DNA of 64,000 nucleotides from Basidiobolus meristosporus CBS 931.73. Its lineage: Eukaryota > Fungi > Basidiobolomycota. A program made the position numbers and the translations under genes. This document shows positions 50,780 to 62,034 of this stretch, piece by piece (positions within the stretch are counted from its first letter, which is position 1; each line of letters begins with the position of its first letter). Where the stretch lies: positions 1 to 64,000 of the forward strand of contig MCFE01000489.1 of NCBI GenBank assembly GCA_002104905.1, given 5' to 3'. The notes beneath the pieces are model-generated. The model was not told where the DNA came from. It ran no database searches and worked only from the letters and a program-made list of their open reading frames with translations.

Positions 50780-51100
50780 AGCTGGCTTTCCTGCACTAAA
50801 TGGATAGTAGTGCTGTCAAGATATCTCAAAAATGGCCTCCAAGTACCCCAAATTATTTCTGATACTATAGATGATTATTTGGTTGCTCACAACTTTCCAG
50901 TTGTATTTAAATGTAAATATTTCAAGAATCAACCTGGTCCTAATATGGAAGTTTGTGAAATTTATAACCATTTCAAATCTTGGTTTAAAGATATGCATCC
51001 AAGCCACAAAATTCCAACATTGGAAAAGTTTGCAAATGTTCTTAACTTAAACTGGGATGGTATATTAGAGGGCATATATATTTCTTATGAAGAGATGTAA
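50780..51100 (+). pseudogene. D5-like primase-helicase C-terminal fragment (DNA virus/polinton-like)
   Basis: 'YLKNGLQVPQIISDTIDDYL...EIYNHFKSWFKDMHPSHKIPTLEKF' matches, from memory, the pattern of D5 C-termini; AT-rich. Confidence 0.5.
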
Positions 51101-52449
51101 TTGTGTTTGATTTTTTTATAAATATGTAGTTTATCTTAACTTTACTTTTGTAAACTATATTTTTTTTAAAAAGCTTTGAATCATACTTGTTAATTATTTT
51201 TGTAAACAATATTTTTACCTCTGAGTAAACTTTTTCTTTAAAAGGTTTTTTATCAGATGTGTATTTAATCAAGAGACCTTTTGTAGCAATTTCTACCAAG
51301 AGTACATTGTATGCATTGGGAGTCATATGATGACATTGAAGGAAAATTTATCCTGAAACAGATCACCAAAGTCAATTTCAAGCATCTACAGCTTTTATGC
51401 AAGGGATTTGTGATGGAACCTGAACTGCAACAATATCAACTTTGAGTCTATCATAAAGTTGTCAAGATATTTCAGAGTATTGCTACCAAAAGTATCACCC
51501 GCATGCTTTAATCAATATCTTTATGCATATGTCACCCTACAAATGCAAGGACTGGATGAGCTGAATAAGTATTTTTTCAAGTGGCCTTCCAATGCTATTT
51601 TCATCAGAAGTATATTAGTAGCATTGGGAGTCAGACATTGATATTGTAGGTATTTTTATTCAGACATGGATCACAAATCCCAATTTGTAACATGTACAGC
51701 TTTTGGGAGCTTTTGATGGGATTTGAGTGACTATACTACTAGCATATAGCTGAGTGTACAGGTCTCTGCTGCCACTTTATCCATTCTCTGCTCCATTTTG
51801 CTTGGTGTGTGGAGAGTGTTGAGTCTTCCTACATGTTTTGGGAGCTTTATATGGAGTAGATGTTTAGAGACATGGCAAGATGAGTCCAGTTGCAGGTACT
51901 ACCCCATCCCAATCCTTTCAAGAGCTCCACCTTTATATCTGCTATGAATGAGCTGATCTGGCACAAGGAGGATAGCCAGGAAGAGTTGGAAAACACTCAA
52001 GACAGTTGTGTACTTGGAGACATCTTTGCAATTGTCATTAGGAAGCTTAGCAGCCCAAAAGCATAGGTATTGAATTAAGAATTGCAAGGTTGGCTTGGAC
52101 AATACAACCTATTAACTTTTCAGGACAACTCTACATAAGTAAGCCTTGTTCCTCCTGCTGGCAAGGTAGCTTCTACACAGTTCTACTAAGAATGCAAACA
52201 AACATGACCCAGAGCACACCCATATGGGGGACCAGAATTAAGCAGGGATAAGGAATAGATTTGATAAGAACCAAGAAGTTGTTGCATATATTAAGGCTGT
52301 ATTCATGGCAATAGTGGCAGCAACTAAGCATATGTATGCACAATGTATTTATCAACAGCAATTTAAGGTATTTATTTATTTATTCCATATAAGCTACTAC
52401 ATGCATTAGCCAGTAAGGTATGTTCATATAAATGTAGACAGCTATACTA

Positions 52450-53070
52450 CTGTCAAACTTCCATGCAATTCTTGCCAAAATACTGTTCCAATATTGTACA
52501 GCTTTTAACATAATTTAGCAGTACATCTAGCAAATGCCATCCCAATCCTGCCATAGGTATGTGTAAAGGGTTAATAGCTCCAATCTGCCAGCATTTTAAT
52601 AGCCTCATTTCAGTAGCCATATATTGTTCTTAAGTCAATTATCCCATCATTGCCAAGCTTGATTCTGGCAAGGTTATGAGCTTGTTTGAGGTCAATCTCA
52701 AAGGGCACTTTGGCAGTTGAAAGGTGATCCAGTAAGGTGATAATCAGGGGTAAAGGATACTGGCTTTTGATTGTGATCTTATTCAGTCCTTGATAGTCTA
52801 TTCATGCCTGTTGGGTACCATTGTCTTTCTGACAAAGAGGCTAGGAGCACTTGCTGGAAACCTATAACAGTGAATAAGATCTTTCTGCAAGCTTTTTTGA
52901 TATAGCCATGGGGTACTTTTAGCTTGGGTTGCAAGAAATTCTTTTTGGAAACTAGCTTGTTTCTGTGGGCAGTTAAAATCAGGATCAACCATCAAGATCC
53001 CCCAATGAGACAGCCATAATGCTTGCAGCTTGGAATTAATGGCCCTATTTTAAATCTTATGTGGGGATTA
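52450..53070 (-). mobile_element. Old Ty3/gypsy RT relic
   Basis: 'FPASAPSLFVRK' followed by a decayed DYR.LN/YPLP region. Confidence 0.7.
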
Positions 53071-53073
53071 TGG

Positions 53074-56000
53074 TGTTATGATCTGCCGCTTGAATGTTTA
53101 AGTTAGATCAGTTTTTAGTCAAATCAACTAGTATATGTTTAGGTTATCAGTATATCAGTATTATCTATCAAATCAGTAGCATTAGTCAGCAAATGAATCA
53201 TCAGATCCTTATCAGACAGAAATAGATATATTAAGTAGGATCTTATTGGGTGATGATGATGCAATCAAATGAGTCATCAGCCACAACCTACATTAGGAAA
53301 GACAATTAGTCAGTAATTGATCCGGCAAAATATATATAAGGAGCTGCTGGACCCTCAATAAAAATCAATTCAAGTTTTAGTGAATACAATACTAGCTAAA
53401 CTCCCTATTCCTCTACAACTCTTATACCAAGACTTGTAACATTGGTAGCAGCAATAACCAGAAACCTCCCTCCTGAAGAAAGAAGAAACCACCCTCAAGA
53501 TGTTGGATAATCAAGAATGGAAGAATGCCATGTAGCAAATCCTGGCCGAACAGCAACAGTTACTCCAGATCCTCAGCCAACAGCAACAAGGAATGACTAC
53601 CATGGCTCAGAACCAGCAATGCCCTGGTAAGAGCAACTTTAGTGTGAAGGTCAACTGGTACCATGGCAGAGTCAATGAAAACCTGGGGACTTGGCTCTTT
53701 CAGATTGAAGAAGCATTTAAAGCTAAAGGAATTGCTCCAGAAAGCAAGTTGCATTATGCAGCTTCTTACCTGGCAGATGCAGCTTTACAGTGGTACCACA
53801 ACAAGATCAGGTCAGCCACTATGATGGAATGCTCTACAATCTCTACCTGGGATGAGTTTGTGTCGGAAATTCAGGATGCTTTTGAACCTCCGCACCAACA
53901 GACACTACTAAGAAGGAAGTTAAAGACACTCAGACAGAAAGGAATGGTTCAAGAATACATCTATGAGTACAGATGTCTACTTGAACAAATTGAAAGAATG
54001 GACCCCCTGGATCAAGTTGAATACTTTATTGATGGGTTGAAAGAAAGAACTCGCAAGGAAGTGAATTATTGAAGACCTCCAACTATTGAAGAAGCCATCA
54101 AGATTGCCATTGACTATGACTCAGCTATGTTTGGAGTTGGGAAGCCTACAGTGACTAATCAGAAAGGTTACAATCATTATGAAAGAAGACAGTCAGAAGC
54201 AGTACCAATGGAAATAGACGCTATGCAGAAGAACCCTGCCTTGGAAGAATGTAAGAAGAAAGGACTTTGCTTTGATTGCCACCAGCAAGGACATATTGCA
54301 AAGTACTGCCCTCAGAGAAGAAATGGACACCAGCCATCAAGAACCTTTAACTGTATTGAGGCCATGGAGCATAGTAACAAGAAGTATGATCTTGAAGAAG
54401 ACTCAGAACTCACCTTCCATATGACAGAAGAATACCCATCCCAGATGACCTCAAACTCAGGAAAGCTATTATACTTGAATGGAGTAATCAATGGAGTACC
54501 TGCTAAGATCATGATTGACTCAGGAGCATCACATGAATACATGTCAGAGCAATTTGCTATGAAAGCTGGGATCAACTTGGAACCTACCAAATCAACTTCA
54601 GTCTCAACAGCTGATGGGAGCTCTCACATAATCAACTGTATTACTCAGCCAGTAAGAATGAAGATCAATGACTATGAAGAAGACCTACAGGCTTATATAT
54701 GTGGGAACTGCAAGTTTGACCTTGTACTTGGAAAAAACTGGCTATTTTGTCATAATCCATCAATCAACTGGAGAACCCATGCTACTCAGATCCAAAAAGA
54801 CAACAAGACCTATGAGCTATTACCTGCCAGGCTAAATTTTAACTTGGTCAATTCCAGTGTGTGTGAGACAAGTGAACTTAGCAAGACCCAGTTCTGTAGA
54901 GCGCTTAGAAAAGGTACTCAGATGTTCCTCATGGCGGTTTTACAGGAGGATTCCTCTACCCCAGCAGGTCCAGACACTCTTGAAGAAATATTCAGACGTG
55001 TTCCCAGATGAGCTTGTAAGCCTACCACCAATCAGAGACATGAATCATGCCATTGACACAGGCAATAGCCCTCCAGTGAGCAAGACACCTTACAGAATGA
55101 GTCCATTGGAATTGCAGGAAATGAAGAGACAAATTGATCATCTATTGGAGCAAGGATACATCAGGCCCAGCAAGTCACCCTGGGGAGCACCAGTGCTTTT
55201 TGTGAAAAAGAAGGATGGAACACTTAGGATGTGCATTGACTACAGAGCCCTGAACTCAGTTACCGTCAAGAATAAGTACCCCATACCTTGGATTGATGAG
55301 CTTTTAGACCAACTTAATGGAGCCACTATTTTCAGCAAGATTGACCTCATGTCAGGATACAACCAGATTAGGGTGAAACCAGAAGATATCCCTAAGACAG
55401 CATTCAGGACCAGATATGGACATTACGAGTACTTAGTCATGAGTTTTGGCCTCAATAATGCCCCTGCAACATTCATGACGCTGACGCAGACTGTCTTTCA
55501 GGAGTACTTAGACAAATTTGTGATAATCTACCTGGATGACATATTGATATACAGCAAGACAGAAAAGGATCACATGGTGCACATTGAAAAGGTCTTGAAG
55601 AAACTAAGAGAGAACAAGCTATATGGCAAGCTAGCCAAGTGTGAAATCTTCAAGGAACACATTGAATACCTGGGACACATAGTGACTAGCACAGGAGTGA
55701 CCTTAGACCCTAAGAAGGTTGAAGTTATCAAGAATTTGAAGCAGCCCCATAGCATATCAGAGCTCAGATCATTCCTTGGAATGGTTTCCTATTATCGGAG
55801 ATTTGTCAAGTCTTTTGCAAGTATTGCAGCACCTTTAACTGATATCCTCAAGAAAGACAATACCTATAAGTGGGACATAGCTTGTAAGACTGCCTTCCAG
55901 ATGCTCAAGAATGAACTTGCTAAGCTGCCCAGCTTAAGAATACCAGACTTCAGAAAAGAGTTCACTCTGTGCACAGATGCTTCAGATTATGCAATTGGTG

Positions 56001-58367
56001 GAGTCCTGAGCCAAGAACACAAGGGAAAGTACTACCCTGTTGCCTTTGAATCCAAGAAACTGAACTCAGCAGTACAAAACCATCCAGTCCATGAGAAGGA
56101 GATGCTTGCTATAATACACTGTTGGAAGACATGGTTGCTGACGCCTTATTAAGATTAGATCAAGTTGCACAACTCAACTTGGTGCATGAATCAGATTGGC
56201 CTAGCCTATTACCAAAGTACTTGGAGGACCAAGCCATTCCTAAAGAGGTGGATGAAGATATCAAGAAGATAATCCGTGATGAAGCCAGCAAATTTGTAGT
56301 ACAGGATGAAACACTCTACCAAGTTGTTGATGGAAGCCCTATTGCCTATTGCCCTTATGTTTCTTGCCTGGATTTAATACATAAGCTACACAATGGATAT
56401 GGACATCTTGGGATTGAAGGAACCTATAAGACGTGTTCTGTTGGATAGTGCCACATTGAGCCATGAGTGCCAAATGATGCCATAGTGTGCCAGGGAGGCC
56501 AAGTGAGCCTATACTTGGCCACACAGTGTGAAACATAGATCTGCATCTTCATGCAAAGCAGCCCCTGTGTTTCACCAATTGTGTTGGAGAAAATTCATTT
56601 TTTGACCTTTTTTTTGAGGTCAATGTTGTGCAGGATGTGTAAGAGCACAAAAGGATTGAAAATATGCATTTGGTACTCAATACCCATGGCACTCTGAGTC
56701 TAGCTCCTGTGGCTTATAACTTGTTACAACAGTGCATGGCACTATCTGGCACTATACTTAATTATTAGCCCTAAAGTAAGATCTATACAAAGCACTTATA
56801 GTGCTAGGTAGTACCAGTGGACCAAGATAGTGCCATGCATTGTTGTGACATGTAACAAGCCACAGGAGCTAGATTCAGAGTGCCATGGGTATTGAGTACC
56901 TGATGCATGTCTTCAGTTCTTCTGTGCTCTTACACATCCTGCATAACATTGATCCACAAAAAAACATCAAAAAATGGATTTTCTCCTGCATCATAGGTGA
57001 AACACAGGGGCTGCTTTGCATGAAGATGCAGATCTATGTTTCACACTCTGTGGCCAAGTATAGGCTCACTTGGCCTCTCTGGCACACTAAGGCATTATTT
57101 GGCACTCATGGCTCAATGTGGCACTATCCAACGGAACAAGTCTATAGCCTTGTGAAAGCCAGAGCATGGTGGCCCAGAATGAGACAAGATATTGAGAAGC
57201 TAGTGAAAACATGCCCAAACTGCCAAATCAATCAAGGTCAGCGACAAAGAATTGCCAAACTCTTCCCTTTGGAGCCTGTAAGACCATTTGAGAGATGGGG
57301 AATTGACTTTGTTGGAAGACTGCCAACTACCAGGAAATGCAACCGTTGGATCCTAGTAGCAATTGACCATGCCACTAAATGGCCAGTTGCTAAAGCTGTA
57401 CCAATAGCCAGTGAACAAGAAGTTGCAAGTTTCATTTACCAGGAGATCCTGATGAAGTTTGGATGCCCTGTGGAGATCTTATCTGATAGAGGAGCAAACT
57501 TTATGGCAAAGACATTAGAGGCTTACCTGGAAATGCAGCAGATCAGACATGGATGTGAGCCAAGGATTCCAGGAGATCTCACACAACCAAAGCTTATAGA
57601 CACCTTAGAAGATGAAGTCAGTCAGCCAAGTAGACACCAGCAACTGGAACAAAGACATCAAGAGGCACAGACCAGAGTATCTCAAAGTGCAGAAAAGATG
57701 AAGCAGAGATTTGATAAGACTATAGCACCAGAAGCATTGACAGTTGGGAACCTTGTATTGCTAAGAAACAACACTTGAAAGAAGTTTGAGCCACAATGGC
57801 CAGGACCATTCAAGATCATCAGAGAATGTCCATTTGCAACTTACCAACTGGTGGACAAACAAGGCAATATCCGGGAAGACTTAGTGCATAGGGACAGACT
57901 CAAGCTTGCAAGACTTGCTGATAATACTGAACCATCAAGATATTGGTATCACAAGAAAAGAGATTCAGGAGAACCCTCTCAACTTTAGTAGGGGAGAAAG
58001 TTATGATCTGCCGCTTGAATGTTTAAGTTAGATCAGTTTTTAGTCAAATCAACTAGTATATGTTTTAGGTTATCAGTATATCAGTATTATCTATGAAATC
58101 AGTAGCATTAGTCAGCAAATGAATCAGCAGATCCTTATCAGACAGAATTAGATATATTAAGTAGGATCTTATTGGGTGATGATGATGCAATCAATTGAGT
58201 CATCAGCCACAACCTACATTAGGAAATACAATTAGTCAGCAATTGATCCGGCAAAATGTATATAAGGAGCTGCTGGAACCTCAATAAAAATCAGTTCAAG
58301 TTTTAGTGAATACAATACTAGCTAAACTCCCTATTCCTCTACAACTCTTATACCAAGACTTGTAACA
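53074..58367 (+). mobile_element. Ty3/gypsy family G, two-LTR element (gag-PR-RT-RH-IN), defective
   Basis: LTRs 53074-53441 and 57999-58367 (10 substitutions, 1 indel); TSD ATGG; PBS TGGTAGCAG; PPT AGTAGGGGAGAA. Motifs: [41 protein letters not shown]. Confidence 0.97.
56429..57143. mobile_element. AGAC-foldback element inserted in gypsy integrase zinc finger
   Basis: Interrupts 'HLGIEGTY|SLVKARAWWP'; TSD ATA; 715 bp. Confidence 0.93.
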
Positions 58368-58899
58368 ATGGCAATGTTTTGTGTGTACTGCTGCTAAATA
58401 GGTATATAAGCTTAATAATGTTGAGGCATTCCACTGATTAGATTTTAATGGCAATCTGATGGTCTTAACATATCCTATACTTAATTCAGCATACCTAACT
58501 AGCCAGTATATGCAAAAGCTATATATGGAAGATAACTTGATGGTATTTCTACAGCCTAGTTGTAGACATCTGTTGGCATTATACTGGAGGTATAGAAGTC
58601 TACTGCTAGCACTGTACAATGCCACAATACTAATTACCAATAGTATCTTCTTTACTACCTCCCATTATGCCATTTATATATTCTGTTGTAAATTCAGCCC
58701 AATATAGCTTCTCACCCACTACTACCATATGTATTCAACTCAAAGTTTGAATCAGAAAAAACAATGACCTCCTGCTTGCTAGCTGCTACATATGTGCTTA
58801 CCTACTGCAAATATATACTCTATTATCTCAATTTTGTGGCTTGTCAGTGTTGTACTTGCAAAGCTGCTATGTACCATTAATATTTGAGATATTGGACTA

Positions 58900-59650
58900 T
58901 CTGGTATAATTCAGCAGCTAAAACTGATTACCTACTCTGCCTACTGTTAGAGACTGTAGGGCTCATTGTCAGCCTTAGCCTGGGCACTTCCCTTCTGATC
59001 TATGATCTTATGACTCTTTCTGTAGTCAGGATCAAATTGGCACCTTTACCAAACACTAAGTATTAGCCTTGAAACTGTTAAAGAATACTCCACACAATTA
59101 GGAAACTCTCCCAACTTAATGTTACAGCTTTATTACCTTTGCAAAGGTTTAACTATTGAGTAAGCAACAGCTTGAACATTTTTACTATTTCTTGAAAAAT
59201 TCCTTACTTGCAAAACACTTGTTAAGTTGCAGCAGTTTATGAGCTCCAATTGCCTTCATTGATTTTAAACATGACTTCAATCCGTACAGAGTACAACATT
59301 ATGATCATCCCTGCAAAGGAGTGGTTTGATATCAAGAACTGCAGACTTTGATTACTAAGATTCAGGTCTGCCTTTGAGAAAGAGAGCTTTGGAATAAAAT
59401 AAAATACAAGGAAGTTGAGCCTAAAGAAGCAGCAGAAGAAGTTGAGAAGTCTTTAGAAAAGGTGAGAAGTGCCCTCAATTCCACATGTATCAATGTGCAA
59501 GACTCCTTATTAGACAAATACATGCTTCCAAATCAGTCAAAACAGCATGCATATCTTTAGAGAAGATCTTTGAAGCAAAGTGGTATCAAGAAGTCAGTTC
59601 TTCCACATCAGGAAGAAGCCAGAGGATTATATCCTACAACTAATTGCCAG
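58900..59650 (+). mobile_element. Copia family B LTR, PBS and gag relic
   Basis: Homologous to 60989-61700; PBS-like GTTTATGAGCTC. Confidence 0.65.
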
Positions 59651-60780
59651 TTATATCATCTGCCATTTGAATGTCAAAGTTAGATGAGTTTTTAGTCAAA
59701 TCATTAGTGTTATGCTTAGCCTATTGGTATTTCCGTATTGGTCAGCAGTTCATCTTGCAAAATATATTTAAGGAACTGTTGGACCATCAACAAAGATCAA
59801 TTCAAGCTTTAGTCAATATAATACCAGTTGAGCTCCCTATCTCTCTACAACTCTTATATCAAGACTTGTAATATTGGCAGCAGGAATAATCAGAAACCCT
59901 CCCTACGATGTTGGAAATCAAGGTGCTTTTAAGCCTCTACATTAGCAGACAGTACTTAGCAGGAAGCTAAAGATAGCTACAGAGAAAGGAAAACTCAAGG
60001 ATACACAGATCAGTGTAGATTTCTACTTAGACAGCTTAAAAGACTGAACCCCATTGATCAAGTTGAATACTTCATTGATGAGCTGAAAGGAAGAGCTTAC
60101 AAGGAAGTGAGTTGTTAAAGACCTCAGAATATTGAAGAAGGCCTAAGCATTGCCACTGACTATGGCTCAGCTATTTTGAAGTGGAAAGCCTAAAGTGAAT
60201 ATTCACAAAAGTTATAATCACTAGAAAAGAAGACAATCCAAAGTAGTGGCAATGGAAAAAGACACTATGCAGAATAATCCCAGCTCAGAAGAGTGTAAGA
60301 GAAAGGACTTTATTTAAGTTGCTAACAGTATGGGCACAAGTCAAGGTACTGCCATCAGACAGTAAAGAGTCCAAAGTCAACAAGAATCTTCTACTATTTT
60401 AAAGCCCCTGTCTATAGTGATATGGTGGATAATCTTAAAGAAGACTCAGAACTCACCTTCATAAGCAAAAGAATACTTATCCCAAATGACCTCAGGCTCA
60501 CAAGAAGCATTATGCTTGTATGTAGATATCAGTGGAGTATCTGCCAAGATAATGGTTGACTCAGAAACACTGCACAAGTACATCACAAACAACATGCCTT
60601 GAAAGCTGGAATCCACTTGGTATCTACCAAATATACTGCTGTTTCAATAGCAGATGGAAACTCTTGCCTGATCACCTATATAACTTAGCCAGTAAGAATG
60701 AATAACAATGACCCTGAAGAAGACCTACTGGCCTACATATCTAGAAACTACATACTTGACCTGCTACTTAGAAGAGTTTG
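59650..60780 (+). mobile_element. Diverged, deleted gypsy family G copy
   Basis: Shortened LTR, PBS, gag end and protease homologous to 53074-54730. Confidence 0.8.
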
Positions 60781-60799
60781 GCATATAGCTAATTGAGTT

Positions 60800-60988
60800 G
60801 ACTAAAACCAATATAACTTGAACATTTTAGCGGTATATCCTAACATTCTCTGCTACTAAAGTTAAGTGGGCTCTCTTGAATCTCTGTTCTTGTGATATCA
60901 ATATCTTGATGGTTCAGTATTTCTGGCAAGTCTTGCAAGCTTGAGTCTATCTCTATGAACTAAATCTTCCTCAATACTCCCTTGTTTG
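60800..60988 (-). mobile_element. Gypsy family G integrase 3' end fragment
   Basis: Reverse complement of ~57850-57990. Confidence 0.7.
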
Positions 60989-62034
60989 TGTTGAAATATT
61001 GAACTATTTGGTATCATTCAGCAGCTAAAAATTTACTTGACAATTCTAGGCTAGTCTTAGTCACTGTAGGACTCATTTACTGCCTTAACTTTGCCACTTT
61101 CTCCAGATATATGATCTATTGATTATTCCCTTATAGTCAGGATCAAATTAGCACTATTACCAAACATTATGTACTAACCCTGAAACTGTTACAGAATGTT
61201 CCTGAATATTAAGAAACCCTCCCTACTTAGTGTTGCAGCTGTATTACTTCTACAAAGGTATAAATACTGAGCTTCTTTATGAATAACAACAGTTCAACTA
61301 TTATCACTATTTCTTGATAAGTTCCTTATATCCAAATCACATCTTAAATTGCAACAGGTTATGAGCCCCAATTGCCTTAATCTTTTATCAAGGTGACTTC
61401 TACCAGCAAACAAAGCAATACCAACATCTTGCCTGTAAAGGAGAGGTTTGATGGGAAGAACTACAGACTTTGGAGAATCAAGATGCAGATCCACCTTGAG
61501 GAAAGAAAGCTTTGGAACATAGTAACAGGAAAGGAAGTTGAGCCCAAAGGAACAGCAGAAGATGTGGAGCAGTTTCAAGAGAAGGAGAGAAGGGCCTTCA
61601 ATGCAATATGCATCAATGTGCAAGACTCCTTCATTGGACAAATCCATGCCTCAAATACTGCCAAAGCAGCATAGGAATCCTTAGAGAAGATCTTTAGAGC
61701 AAAGTCAGTATCAAGCAAGCTTTATTTGCAACAAAAGTTCTTCAACATGAGAAAAAAGCCAGATGATGACATGCTACAACTCATTACCAGAATGGAGGCA
61801 CTTGCAGAAGAACTTTACAGTATTAATGCTGGTGTAGATGATGAAGAAAAGATACTCTGTCTGCTTTGCAGCCTACCAGACAAGTATGAGCCACTTATAC
61901 TTTCTTTTGAAAGCGGAGAAGACAACTTGACTTTAGACTATGTCAAAGGAATACTTCTCCATGAGGAACTCAGACGTAATGATCAAGCAGAGAAAATTGA
62001 AGATAATGCTTTATTCAGTTCAGAAAGGCATACA
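60989..62034 (+). mobile_element. Copia family B 5' LTR (60989-61356), PBS and gag
   Basis: PBS GGTTATGAGCCC at 61357-61368; gag 'FDGKNYRLWRIKM..HLEERKLW', 'LLCSLPDKYE'. Truncated by the gypsy insertion. Confidence 0.88.

Noticed and set aside
56885-57143. Apparent N-terminal extension of the integrase ORF (MGIEYLMH...)
   Set aside because: It is the foldback right arm read fortuitously in frame.
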